Assembly: GCA_965242865.1 (NCBI GenBank)
Contig: CBDETK010000013.1
Span: forward strand, 1,056,001 to 1,120,000
From: Candidatus Latescibacterota bacterium
Lineage (GTDB): Bacteria > Latescibacterota > UBA2968 > UBA8231
Reading direction: 5' to 3'
DNA length: 64,000 nucleotides
Below the pieces are notes generated by a model that saw nothing but the letters and a program-made list of their open reading frames with translations, was not told the DNA's origin and ran no database searches. Position numbers and translations under genes: made by a program. This document shows positions 9,975 to 19,704 of the stretch, in pieces. Positions within the stretch are counted from its first letter, which is position 1, and each line of letters begins with the position of its first letter.

Positions 9975-10907
9975 TCAGCCATCCTTCTGCGTAGTGATGC
10001 CATCGAGGGCCAGCCGCCACATAGGCGTACTCATGTACTTGTCTCCGCCATCGCAAAATATAGTCACCACCACCCCCATATCTAGCTGACGAGCCACTTC
10101 CAGCGCGGCCCAATAAGCCCCCCCCGCAGACTGCCCGACGAGAATCCCCTGCTCAACCGGTAGGCGCAGAGCAGTATCGTACGCATCGTCGGTATCTATC
10201 GGTATTTCGTAGTCGAGGAGGGCCTCGTCGTAGATACCGGGGACAATTGAACTCTCCATGTGCTTAAGCCCCTCAATGCCGTGAAACGGCTCGGCCGGCT
10301 GAGCGGCAATGATCTGGACCGCCGGGTTGAATTCCCTAAGACCTCGGCCTGCGCCCATCAGCGTACCGCTAGTGCCGATGGTGGCGACAAAATGCGTGAC
10401 GCGCCCTTGGGTCTGCTCCCAGATTTCGGGTGCAGTGGTGTCGCGATGGGCGTACCAATTCGCGGGATTATTGTATTGGTCGGGCTTGAAGTACCGGTCG
10501 GGATCGGCTTCGTAGATCCGCCGCGCTTCCCGTATGGCCCCGTCGGAAAGTTCCCCCGGGTCCGTGTACACCACTTCAGCACCATAGGCGGCGAGAATGG
10601 CCTTGCGCTCGCGGCTGACATTGGCCGGCATCGCCAATTTTACCCGATAGCCCTTAGCCGCACCGATCATCGCGTAGGCAATGCCGGTATTTCCAGAAGT
10701 GGAATCCAAAATGACCTTGCCCGGCCCCAGCGACCCGTCCTGCTCGCCATCCTCAATCATCCGCCGCGCTGGTCGGTCTTTGACCGACCCCCCGGGATTG
10801 AAAAACTCCAGCTTGGCATAAACTTCCACCCGCGGTGGAATCGCCGGATCCCTCAGCCGCAAAAGCGGCGTATTGCCAATCTGCTCAACGACCGATAGGC
10901 CTTTCAC
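9975..10907 (-). CDS. cysM: Cysteine synthase family protein (CysM-like)
   Basis: KLEFFNPGGSVKDRPA, TSGNTGIA, GTSGT, IEGLKHM; lies next to the Mec and sulfur-carrier genes. Confidence 0.85.
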   Translation of the reverse strand: MKGLSVVEQIGNTPLLRLRDPAIPPRVEVYAKLEFFNPGGSVKDRPARRMIEDGEQDGSLGPGKVILDSTSGNTGIAYAMIGAAKGYRVKLAMPANVSRERKAILAAYGAEVVYTDPGELSDGAIREARRIYEADPDRYFKPDQYNNPANWYAHRDTTAPEIWEQTQGRVTHFVATIGTSGTLMGAGRGLREFNPAVQIIAAQPAEPFHGIEGLKHMESSIVPGIYDEALLDYEIPIDTDDAYDTALRLPVEQGILVGQSAGGAYWAALEVARQLDMGVVVTIFCDGGDKYMSTPMWRLALDGITTQKDG

Positions 10908-10924
10908 AAAAATCTCCCCTCACG

Positions 10925-10998
10925 ATTAAAAGAACCAAAATCCACCATGTCAACCAACCCGGTCTTTTCTTGACACCCTCCAAGCCACCTTCTACCTT
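10925..10998. promoter_or_regulatory. Back-to-back divergent sigma70 promoters (cysM operon / aspS)
   Basis: Minus strand TTGACA-N17-TTTAAT (10953-10925); plus strand TTGACA-N17-TACCTT (10970-10998). Confidence 0.65.
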
Positions 10999-11035
10999 AC
11001 TTTTTCTACCTAAAATCCAATTTTATCACTGATAG

Positions 11036-12829
11036 GTGCAACTTATGGAAGAGCCGAGCGAAGGCTTGGGCGACTGGGAGCGCACACACGACTGCGGCAC
11101 TCTTACAGATAAAGACATCGGTCAGCGCGTCCTACTAATGGGCTGGGTCTGGCACCGCCGCGACCACGGCGGCGTTATTTTTATAGACCTCCGCGACCGC
11201 TATGGCATTACCCAAATCGTCTTCAACCCACAGCGCGACCCCACTGCCTACCAGCAGGCCGACCGCTTGCGCAGCGAGTACGTCATCGCCGTACAAGGCG
11301 AAGTCGAAGCCCGTCCCGAAGGCATGGTCAACCCTCAGTTGCCCACCGGGACCATCGAGGTCAACTGCGATCAGCTGCGCCTCCTCAACCTCTGTCGGAC
11401 CCCGCCTTTTCTCATCGAAGACCAAACCGACGCTGGAGAGGAAATTCGGCTCAAGTATCGCTACTTGGACCTTCGGCGGCCTCGGATACAAGGGAATTTG
11501 CTGCTCAGGCACCGCGGCTACCAGACCGTGCGGCGTCTGCTCGACGAGCGCGGCTTTATCGAAGTGGAAACGCCGTTTCTGACCAAGAGCACACCCGAAG
11601 GCGCCCGCGACTATCTCGTTCCCAGCCGAGTCCATCCTAGGCAGTTTTTCGCTCTGCCCCAATCGCCTCAGACCTACAAGCAGCTCTTGATGATCGCGGG
11701 CTGCGACCGCTACTTCCAGATCGTTAAGTGCTTCCGCGACGAGGATTTGCGCGCCGATCGCCAGCCCGAATTTACCCAAATCGACATCGAAATGGCCTTC
11801 GTGCGCGAAAATCACGTCCTAGCCGTGGCCGAGGAGCTGACCCGCGCCCTCTTTGCTCAGTTGCGCCAAATCGATTTACCCAATCCCTTTCCGCGACTCA
11901 CGTATCGCGAAGCCATGCAGCGCTTTGGCTCCGACAAACCCGACCTGCGCTTCGGCCTAGAACTCAAAGATGCCGCGGCCACGGCGCTCATTTCCCAATT
12001 CCAAGTCTTTCGCTCTGCTCTCGACGCGGGCGGCCAGGTCAAAGGCATAAACGCCAAGGGCTGTAGCGGATTCTCACGCGGACAAATCGACGATTTAATC
12101 GCCTTTGCCCAAGGGCTGGGGGCCAAGGGTCTCAGCTGGATCAAACACACCGACGCGGGCCTTGAATCCTCCATCGTCAAATTCTTCCCCCAAGCGGCTC
12201 AAACCCTATTGATCGAGGCCCTCGAATCCGCCCCTGGCGACCTGCTGCTTTTGGTCGCCGACCAGCCTAAGCAGGTTGCCCGAGTTCTCGGTGGCCTGCG
12301 CTTGGAACTAGCCCAGCGTCTCTCGCTAGTGCCCGATGATTCTTGGCAGCCCCTTTGGGTCTGCCAATTCCCCCTGCTAGAACGCGACGAAGAAGCCGGC
12401 CGCTTTACAGCCATGCACCATCCCTTCACCGCTCCCTTAGAAGAGGACCTCCCCCTGCTAGAGACCAATCCGGCCGCTGTGAGGGCACGGGCCTATGATT
12501 TGGTCCTCAACGGCAATGAAATCGCCGGAGGCAGTATGCGGATTTTCCAGCGTTCAGTACAAGCTCACCTCTTTCGGCTTTTAGAGATCAGTGCTGAAGA
12601 AGCCGCGGTCAAATTCGGTTTCCTGCTCGAAGCTCTCGACTACGGTGCCCCGCCACACGGTGGGATTGCCTTTGGCTTTGACCGGCTGATCGCCCTACTC
12701 GCCGGCGAAGATTCAATCCGCGACGTCATCGCCTTCCCCAAGACCAACAAGGCCGTGGGGCTGATGGAAAACGCCCCTTCTTCCGTCGATTTAGGCCAGT
12801 TGCGCGAATTGGGCATTCGGTCGGCCTGA
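11036..12829 (+). CDS. aspS: Aspartate--tRNA ligase
   Basis: RTHDCG, RRDHGGVIFIDLRD, STPEGARDYLVPSR, FRDEDLRADRQPEFTQID, PPHGGIAFGFDRL. Confidence 0.97.
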   Translation: MQLMEEPSEGLGDWERTHDCGTLTDKDIGQRVLLMGWVWHRRDHGGVIFIDLRDRYGITQIVFNPQRDPTAYQQADRLRSEYVIAVQGEVEARPEGMVNPQLPTGTIEVNCDQLRLLNLCRTPPFLIEDQTDAGEEIRLKYRYLDLRRPRIQGNLLLRHRGYQTVRRLLDERGFIEVETPFLTKSTPEGARDYLVPSRVHPRQFFALPQSPQTYKQLLMIAGCDRYFQIVKCFRDEDLRADRQPEFTQIDIEMAFVRENHVLAVAEELTRALFAQLRQIDLPNPFPRLTYREAMQRFGSDKPDLRFGLELKDAAATALISQFQVFRSALDAGGQVKGINAKGCSGFSRGQIDDLIAFAQGLGAKGLSWIKHTDAGLESSIVKFFPQAAQTLLIEALESAPGDLLLLVADQPKQVARVLGGLRLELAQRLSLVPDDSWQPLWVCQFPLLERDEEAGRFTAMHHPFTAPLEEDLPLLETNPAAVRARAYDLVLNGNEIAGGSMRIFQRSVQAHLFRLLEISAEEAAVKFGFLLEALDYGAPPHGGIAFGFDRLIALLAGEDSIRDVIAFPKTNKAVGLMENAPSSVDLGQLRELGIRSA

Positions 12830-12867
12830 AAACGCAGCCGGCAAGGGTAGATTTTCACTTGTTCTGC

Positions 12868-12895
12868 TTGACATCCACTCTAGGTCGCCTATATT
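12868..12895 (+). promoter_or_regulatory. Putative sigma70 promoter of the lipoprotein-LysM operon
   Basis: TTGACA-N16-TATATT. Confidence 0.6.
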
Positions 12896-12961
12896 TGTCC
12901 CAATATCCGCATTATTTAGATCACCGTTTTTTGACCCTTAATTTTAGGTGGAGGAACTACT

Positions 12962-13231
12962 TTGAGCCGTCTTTCCACTTTGTCTAGTTTGAGCTTGTCA
13001 GTAGTGGCTCTTTCTTTTGTCGCTGGCTGTTCACGTGCTCCGTCGCAGGAGGACATGGAATACTTGGAACAACGGCGTCAAGCCACTCTGGCCGCCGAAG
13101 TGAAAGTAACCGAGCTACAGGCCGAAAAAGCACAGCTCGAGCGCGAACTCGCCGAGCGGCAAGCCACCAAAAAAGCATTAGAAGCTAAACTAGCCGCTAC
13201 CAAGAACAACCTCGCCAACCAAGTTGATTAA
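12962..13231 (+). CDS. Small coiled-coil lipoprotein
   Basis: GGAGG RBS, lipobox VAGC, heptad-rich body. Confidence 0.75.
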   Translation: MSRLSTLSSLSLSVVALSFVAGCSRAPSQEDMEYLEQRRQATLAAEVKVTELQAEKAQLERELAERQATKKALEAKLAATKNNLANQVD

Positions 13232-13249
13232 ATGAGAAAGGGTTCGACC

Positions 13250-14077
13250 ATGAAGAAGTTGTCCGTTGGTGGGTTGGCTTTAGCATTGCTAGTCCTAGTT
13301 AAAAACACCTCTGCTCAAGAGCAGCAGATGACCTGCGAGGAATACATCGCTCTGGGGCACGAGATCGTCAACCGCGAAGCCGTGGCCAACACCGAAATCG
13401 AAGCACTTAATGCCCAGCTCGAAGTGCTTAAAATGCAGATCGCCCAGCTCGACCGGGCCAACGCCGAGCTCAATGCCCAGATTCTCGCCGCCGTGGGCCA
13501 ATCCGAATCCGAAATCGCGGCCTTTGGGCGCGAGCTCGACGCCATTATCGCCCAACTCGAAGGTCTGATGGCACTGGCTCCAGAAGTACTCATCATGCAG
13601 CGCGGTGAAGTCATGGCCATCGACTCCCGAGTCGCCGAGCTCAAGCAGAGCAACATGGCCGCCTTGCCCGAAATGCGGGACAAGCTATCTACCATCGACC
13701 AGCTACTCACCGAGCTCAAAGCGCGCATAGCTCAGCCCGTGGTCATCGACTACAAAGTCGTGCGGGGCGACAATCTGTGGAACATCTCCAAAAAAGAACA
13801 AATCTACGCCGATCCTTATATGTGGCCCCGCATATACCGGAACAACAAGGATCAAATCGAAGACCCGGATTTAATCTACCCCAAACAAGTCTTGGCCGTG
13901 CCGTTTGGAGTAGCCGAAAATCAGTATTTGGTCTCCCGAGGCGACTTCCTCTTCAAAATCGCCGCCGAGCTGTACAACAATGCCGGCAAATGGCATAAAA
14001 TCTACGAGGCCAACAAGCAGCAAATCATCGCGCCAGACTTGATTTTTCCTGCTCAAGTCCTCGACATCCCCCAGTAA
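13250..14077 (+). CDS. LysM peptidoglycan-binding protein (coiled coil + 2 LysM)
   Basis: YKVVRGDNLWNIS...IYPKQVL and YLVSRGDFLFKIA...IFPAQVLDIP. Confidence 0.9.
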   Translation: MKKLSVGGLALALLVLVKNTSAQEQQMTCEEYIALGHEIVNREAVANTEIEALNAQLEVLKMQIAQLDRANAELNAQILAAVGQSESEIAAFGRELDAIIAQLEGLMALAPEVLIMQRGEVMAIDSRVAELKQSNMAALPEMRDKLSTIDQLLTELKARIAQPVVIDYKVVRGDNLWNISKKEQIYADPYMWPRIYRNNKDQIEDPDLIYPKQVLAVPFGVAENQYLVSRGDFLFKIAAELYNNAGKWHKIYEANKQQIIAPDLIFPAQVLDIPQ

Positions 14078-14112
14078 TCAAAACTACTTGATTTAAACAA
14101 ATTTCAAGACTT

Positions 14113-14167
14113 AAAGGGGTTTGATCCTTCCGCTAGCTAGGCCCGGCAGGATTTCAAACCCCTTTTT
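14113..14167 (+). terminator. Intrinsic terminator
   Basis: AAAGGGGTTTGA...TCAAACCCCTTT followed by T-runs. Confidence 0.65.
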
Positions 14168-14190
14168 GTATTTTTGTATAGGTACAGGGC

Positions 14191-15141
14191 ATGAGGGACA
14201 TTTCCATCGCCGGCATAGATCGCCGCTCTCTCTTCGGGCGCAACGATCAGCACTTAGCACATATCGAAAAGAGATACGGCATCCGCCTAGTGGCCCGCGG
14301 CGACACGCTCACGCTTAAAGGGTCCGACGCCTCCGTGCGCGAGGCCGATGGCTTCCTCAGTCAGCTCATAAAACGCATGCGCCACGGCCCGCCTCTCGAA
14401 GTAGCCGAGTTAGAGGACTTGATCCACGCCAGTCCGTCCTCCTCCCCACCCAAAGGTACTCACAGCCCCGTAGCGCATACCTATAAGACAGCCATCTACG
14501 CCCGCACCGAGGGCCAAGCGAAATATCTCGCCGCGATCGACAACAACGACGTGGTCTTCAGCATCGGCCCAGCGGGCACCGGCAAGACGTACTTAGCGGT
14601 GGCCATGGCTGTTGCCGCGCTGCGGCAGAAGCAAATCTCGCGCATCCTGCTCGCCCGGCCCGCGGTAGAAGCCGGGGAGAAGCTCGGTTTTTTGCCCGGC
14701 TCTTTTGAGGACAAGGTCGACCCCTATTTGCGCCCGCTCTACGACGCGCTGCAAGATCTCATGGAACCTGAGCGGCTGCGGCGGATGCAGGATATGAAAA
14801 TCGTCGAAGTCGTGCCGCTGGCTTACATGCGTGGCCGCACCCTCAACGATTCGTTTATTATTCTCGACGAGGCCCAAAACACTACGCCCCAGCAGATGAA
14901 AATGTTTCTCACCCGGCTGGGCAGTCACTCAAAGGCCGTAGTTACTGGCGATATTACCCAGACCGACCTCAGCGAAGACCAGCCCTCGGGCTTAGTCGTC
15001 GCGCCCAAAATTCTGACCGGGATCGCCGGCTTGGCCTTTGTTCAGCTCAACGAGCGGGATGTGGTGCGCAACCCGCTCGTGCAGAAGATCATCAAAGCCT
15101 ACGACAGCTATGAGGAAAGCCACGCCTCGGCCGATCCATGA
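14191..15141 (+). CDS. phoH: PhoH-family ATPase (YbeZ-like)
   Basis: GPAGTGKTYLA, RPAVEAGEKLGFLPG, LAYMRGRTL, DEAQN. Confidence 0.95.
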   Translation: MRDISIAGIDRRSLFGRNDQHLAHIEKRYGIRLVARGDTLTLKGSDASVREADGFLSQLIKRMRHGPPLEVAELEDLIHASPSSSPPKGTHSPVAHTYKTAIYARTEGQAKYLAAIDNNDVVFSIGPAGTGKTYLAVAMAVAALRQKQISRILLARPAVEAGEKLGFLPGSFEDKVDPYLRPLYDALQDLMEPERLRRMQDMKIVEVVPLAYMRGRTLNDSFIILDEAQNTTPQQMKMFLTRLGSHSKAVVTGDITQTDLSEDQPSGLVVAPKILTGIAGLAFVQLNERDVVRNPLVQKIIKAYDSYEESHASADP

Positions 15142-17378
15142 ACGCGCTTAAATTCAAGTGGTTTGGCTCCAGACGCCGCAGCAATCAGCCCCCATCGCGT
15201 CCGCATAGCTTGCTCGTGTTCCGCATCGCTTTGGCAGGCCTAGTCATCGGCCTGCTCACGTACCTATCGCCCTACCAGCGTCCCTACAACGTCGCCCAGC
15301 TGCGAGTCGGCAGCGTCGCTCAAGAGCGCATCGAAGCCCCCTTTCTCTTTCACGTGCCCAAGAGCGACGCCGAGTTGGAACGCGAACGACGCGCAGCAAC
15401 CGCCGAGATACCCACTATTTTGCACCGCGATCCCCTCGTTCAAGCGCAGCAACTCGCTCAGCTCGACTCGGTCTTTGCAGTGATGATCCCAAACATCCGG
15501 GTTCAGATGGCCGATTCGCTCAAGCAACGCGCCCTCCAACGCACCCTCCCTCGCGTCGTTGGGTCGCTCTCGCTCGATGCCCTTTCGACCCTCATCGACG
15601 TTCTATCCACGGCCAGCGAACCTTATGTACAGGATTTCCGCGCCATCTGTCGGCAGATTCTGGCCAATTACTATACCGCGGGCATCATTGCCTCCAAACA
15701 ACCGATCCTCCTAAGTCCTTCGGCCCAAGTCCGCCTCGGCGAGCGGGAACAGCACATAGAAACCCTGTACAGCGAAGAAAAGCTCAAACAAGGCGAATTA
15801 ATCTCGCGCATCCAAACGTATCACACGATCGCCGACCGCGACGCGGTCCAAGCGGTACACGAGCTCCTAAGCCTGTTTGTGGTGCCTAATCTGGCCATTG
15901 ACGAGCCGCAGACGGCTCGCCTCAGAGACGCGGCCCGGCGCGGCGTGGCCAGCATCAAGCGGATCTATGCCCAAGACGACCTCATCGTCGATAAGGAGAC
16001 GACCGTCACTGAAGAGCACGTCAATGCCCTCGACGCACTGGCCGCACGCATCGCCCAAGAGCAATCCCAACACCCGATCCAGCGCCTGATCCAAGTGGCT
16101 GCGGCCGCGACTATATCCGGCTTCCTGATCCTCGGCTTCGGCTACTTCCTCGCTGCGCACGAACGCGCCGTTTTTGCCCGGCCCGGCCAGCTCGTCCTCT
16201 TGGCCATTCTGACCGTTGCCACGGCCGCGGCGGCCTCCTACATCAAAACGCACGACCTCTCTCCCTACTGGGTGCCGATCCCCTTGGCCGCTATGTTGAC
16301 GGCGATCCTATTGACGCCGCAAATTGGCTTGGTGCTCTCGTTTGTGCTCGCGCTCTTTGTCGGCAACCTCTTCGCCGACTTCTACGCGGCCATAACCGGC
16401 GCTCTAACAGCGGCCATAGCCATCTATTCGGTGCGGCACGTGCGCCATCGCAATCAATTCTTCCGCCCCATGCTCCTCCTGCCGCTCTCGTACGCATTGC
16501 TCATCGCGGCGACGGACCTGTTGCGCTTCTTCCCGCTCGAACAGATATACGAGCATATCGTACCCGGCATCGTCGTTGGCGTGACCGCCCCCATCCTCAC
16601 TATGGGCTTACTGCATATTTTTGAAAGCCGCCCCTTTCACATTACCACCGACATCACCCTGCTGGAGTTGTCGGATCCGAACCGGACCTTGCTCCGCCAA
16701 TTAGCCATCCGGGCGCCGGGGACCTACACCCACAGCCTGATTATGGCCAACCTCTCCGAGAGCGCGGCCGAGGCCATTGCCGCCAATCCGCTCTTGGCCC
16801 GCGTTGGCTGTTATTACCACGATATTGGCAAGATGAACTTACCAGAGTACTTCAGCGAAAATCAGGGCTTGCAAGGCGGGCGTAACCCCCACGATCAGCT
16901 CAAGCCCTCTCTGAGCGGGAGCATCATCGCCTCGCACATCCGCGATGGGCTTGAGCTGGCCGAGGACCACGGCCTCCCCCAATCCATCTGCGACTTGATT
17001 GCCCAGCACCACGGCACTACCGTCATCGAGTACTTTTACGAGCGCGCGGTAGAGTTGGGCGACCAGAGCGTGCGCGAGGAAGATTTCAAGTACGAGGGCC
17101 CTAAGCCCCAGACCAAAGAAGCCGGCATCTTGATGTTGGCCGACTCGGTCGAAGCGGCGACCCGCACCCTCGTTGAGCGCACCCCCAGCCGGACGCACCA
17201 ATTAGTGCATAAAATTATCCAGCAGAAATTCACCGCCGGCGAACTCGACGAATGCCCACTGACCATGCGGGATTTGAACAAAATAGAGGACAGCTTCATC
17301 CGCGTACTGACGGGCGTTCTACACAGCCGGACGGAATACCCTTGGCAGAAGGCCAATCGCAAATGGAGCGCTGTCTAG
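15138..17378 (+). CDS. 7TM-HD (HDIG) phosphohydrolase, PgpH-like
   Basis: Extracellular domain, TM bundle, APGTYTHS, YYHDIGK, HHGTT, MLADSVEAA. Confidence 0.92.
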   Translation: MNALKFKWFGSRRRSNQPPSRPHSLLVFRIALAGLVIGLLTYLSPYQRPYNVAQLRVGSVAQERIEAPFLFHVPKSDAELERERRAATAEIPTILHRDPLVQAQQLAQLDSVFAVMIPNIRVQMADSLKQRALQRTLPRVVGSLSLDALSTLIDVLSTASEPYVQDFRAICRQILANYYTAGIIASKQPILLSPSAQVRLGEREQHIETLYSEEKLKQGELISRIQTYHTIADRDAVQAVHELLSLFVVPNLAIDEPQTARLRDAARRGVASIKRIYAQDDLIVDKETTVTEEHVNALDALAARIAQEQSQHPIQRLIQVAAAATISGFLILGFGYFLAAHERAVFARPGQLVLLAILTVATAAAASYIKTHDLSPYWVPIPLAAMLTAILLTPQIGLVLSFVLALFVGNLFADFYAAITGALTAAIAIYSVRHVRHRNQFFRPMLLLPLSYALLIAATDLLRFFPLEQIYEHIVPGIVVGVTAPILTMGLLHIFESRPFHITTDITLLELSDPNRTLLRQLAIRAPGTYTHSLIMANLSESAAEAIAANPLLARVGCYYHDIGKMNLPEYFSENQGLQGGRNPHDQLKPSLSGSIIASHIRDGLELAEDHGLPQSICDLIAQHHGTTVIEYFYERAVELGDQSVREEDFKYEGPKPQTKEAGILMLADSVEAATRTLVERTPSRTHQLVHKIIQQKFTAGELDECPLTMRDLNKIEDSFIRVLTGVLHSRTEYPWQKANRKWSAV

Positions 17379-17821
17379 CGAAGCCCCTTCGCATCCTCCA
17401 CGCCGCGGGCCTCGCTCCCCTGCCGGCCGACGAGCTCGCAGCCCTGCACCGGGTCGCCGCGCAGGTCGCCGGCGTCCACGCGCTGCCGGCCGCCGTCCAG
17501 CTAGTCCTCATTGACGACTGCTACATGAACGAGCTCAACGCGACCTATCGCAGCAAGCAGGGCACGACCGACGTCTTGTCTTTCGACTTGGGCACCATCC
17601 CCGGTCAGGCCAGCCGGGGCGAAGTGTACATTTCCCTGCCCCAAGCCCAGCGGCAGGCCGCGGCCCTCAGCGTCGCGCCCTTAGCGGAACTAGCCCGCCT
17701 GTTGGTTCACGGCCTGCTGCACCTAGCCGGCTGGCTGCACGACACGCCCGAGCAACTAGCCGCTATGGAGCGCGAAACCGATCGCTTTCTCGCCACCGCT
17801 TCCCTCTCCCTCTCCCTCTAA
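17363..17821 (+). CDS. ybeY: rRNA maturation RNase YbeY
   Basis: TDVLSF and HGLLHLAGWLH zinc motif; conserved phoH-HD-ybeY-corC order. Start approximate. Confidence 0.9.
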   Translation: MERCLAKPLRILHAAGLAPLPADELAALHRVAAQVAGVHALPAAVQLVLIDDCYMNELNATYRSKQGTTDVLSFDLGTIPGQASRGEVYISLPQAQRQAAALSVAPLAELARLLVHGLLHLAGWLHDTPEQLAAMERETDRFLATASLSLSL

Positions 17822-17859
17822 GCAGCCTTGGCCGGCCGCTTTACCCGAAAGGAGCCTTT

Positions 17860-19203
17860 TTGGAACCCCCACAAGTTGACGTATCCTCGGTCGCGTACGC
17901 CGCGCTGGTCGGCGCGACCAGCCTCGTCTGGCTGTTCTTAGTAGCCAGCTATGAGGCGACCTTTGCCATTCTCTCCAAATCCGGGCTGGAAAAAATGGCC
18001 GAAAACGGCGTATCGCATGCGCGCACCATGCTTCGCATCTACGAGCCGCGCCTGCGCCTGCGCCTGATGACCCGCCTCGGCGAGACCATTGGCGTCACCG
18101 TCCTCGCCCTCGCCTTGTTCTTTCTCGTGAAGGCCCTCCTACAGCCATACGCCCCATCCGCCCTTTCGAGCTATCTCCCGGCGGCAGTGGCCTTAGTGGG
18201 AGCACTAGGGCTTTTCATGATCGTGGCGACGCCCCGCCGCATTCGCTTTGACGAAGAGGGCGACGAAGGGCGCATACCCGTCCTCGCCTTGGCCTACGCG
18301 CCGGTCCACCCCCTGCTCCTCCCCTTGACCAACCTCCTCGAACTCCTCAACAACCTCGATTACAGCGACGAGGACTTTCGCGCTGAAAAGGAGGAGGAGC
18401 TGCGGAGCATCGTCGAGTCAGAAGGCGAGTCTGGCGTTTTGGAAGAAGGCGAGCGCGAGATGATTGAGAGCGTCTTTGGCTTCCACGACCGCATCGTCCG
18501 CGAGGTCATGGTCCCGCGCGTCGACATGGTCGCCATCGAACAATCGGCCTCCCTGCAAAATTTGCTCGATCTCATTCGGGATAAGGGGCACTCGCGCCTG
18601 CCCATCTACCGGGAAAGCCTCGACCACATCCAAGGGCTGATTTACGCCAAAGACCTGCTGCATATCTTGGTGTCCCGGCCCGAAGTCGATCGGGCGACGC
18701 CCATAAACCAACTGCTGACCAGCCGGCAAGAGGGCGACCTGCGCTTTACCCACGAGCCTTATTACATCCCCGAGACCAAGAAAATCGACGTCCTGCTCAA
18801 CGACCTGCGAGCCAACAAAATTCGCCTCGCCATCGTCCTCGACGAATACGGCGGCACGGCGGGCTTGGTGACCACCGAGGACCTCGTCGAGGAAATCGTC
18901 GGGGAGCTGCAAGACGAGTACGACGAGGAAGAGGAGTTGCACCATTGGCAGGTCCCCGACGAGGTGCTCATCGCCAATGCCCGCATCGACATCGACGATC
19001 TCAACCAGTTGCTTTCCACGGACCTGCCCCGGGCCGGCTTTGAAACTCTCGGCGGATTTATCTATGACCACTTGGGGAGCATCCCCGCGGAGGGCTTAGT
19101 CTTTACGGTCGATCACCTCGATCTAGAGCTCGGCATCCTCAAGATCGAGGGCCAGCGCATCGCCCAAGTCAAACTCCGGCGCTTGGTCCCGGTCACCCAC
19201 TAA
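17860..19203 (+). CDS. Hemolysin-family/CorC-HlyC CBS-domain membrane protein
   Basis: VREVMVPRVDM, HSRLPIY, VLDEYGGTAGLVTTEDLVEEIVGE, ETLGG. Confidence 0.92.
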   Translation: MEPPQVDVSSVAYAALVGATSLVWLFLVASYEATFAILSKSGLEKMAENGVSHARTMLRIYEPRLRLRLMTRLGETIGVTVLALALFFLVKALLQPYAPSALSSYLPAAVALVGALGLFMIVATPRRIRFDEEGDEGRIPVLALAYAPVHPLLLPLTNLLELLNNLDYSDEDFRAEKEEELRSIVESEGESGVLEEGEREMIESVFGFHDRIVREVMVPRVDMVAIEQSASLQNLLDLIRDKGHSRLPIYRESLDHIQGLIYAKDLLHILVSRPEVDRATPINQLLTSRQEGDLRFTHEPYYIPETKKIDVLLNDLRANKIRLAIVLDEYGGTAGLVTTEDLVEEIVGELQDEYDEEEELHHWQVPDEVLIANARIDIDDLNQLLSTDLPRAGFETLGGFIYDHLGSIPAEGLVFTVDHLDLELGILKIEGQRIAQVKLRRLVPVTH

Positions 19204-19260
19204 GAGGGTTGCGCCCATCTGCCCCATCCTTTAGATTAGTAGTTATAATACATAGCTTGT

Positions 19261-19337
<77 letters not shown>

Positions 19338-19341
19338 CCTT

Positions 19342-19374
19342 TCAGGGAGCCGCCCGCGGCTCCCTGATTTCTTT
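19342..19374 (+). terminator. Intrinsic terminator after tRNA
   Basis: TCAGGGAGCCGC-CC-GCGGCTCCCTGA then TTTCTTT. Confidence 0.8.
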
Positions 19375-19376
19375 CT

Positions 19377-19703
19377 ATGCCTATCTACAACAAGGTTCCC
19401 GACCATCCCACCGACGCCCCGGCCGAGCGCATCCGCCTCGACGAGCGCTTCGTATCCTTGCTCGTCGCCGAAGACGCCCAAGCCCGCCTCGAAGCCCAAG
19501 AGCTGCGCCAGCTCGTCCATCGCGCCCTCCAATCCCTTTCCGACGACGAGATGCGCGTCATTCAGCTCCGCTATCAGCACAAGAAATCGCTCGGCCAAGT
19601 CGCGGCACGCCTCGGCCTTGGCCGCGATGCAATCGCCGCGCTCGAACAGAGCGGGTTAGAAAAATTGCGCCAAGGGCTCGAGGATTGGCACCGAGGCGTC
19701 TGA
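19377..19703 (+). CDS. Small sigma-70 region 4 HTH protein
   Basis: ALQSLSDDEMRVIQLRY...SLGQVAARLGL...LEKLR. Confidence 0.75.
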   Translation: MPIYNKVPDHPTDAPAERIRLDERFVSLLVAEDAQARLEAQELRQLVHRALQSLSDDEMRVIQLRYQHKKSLGQVAARLGLGRDAIAALEQSGLEKLRQGLEDWHRGV

Positions 19704-19704
19704 A

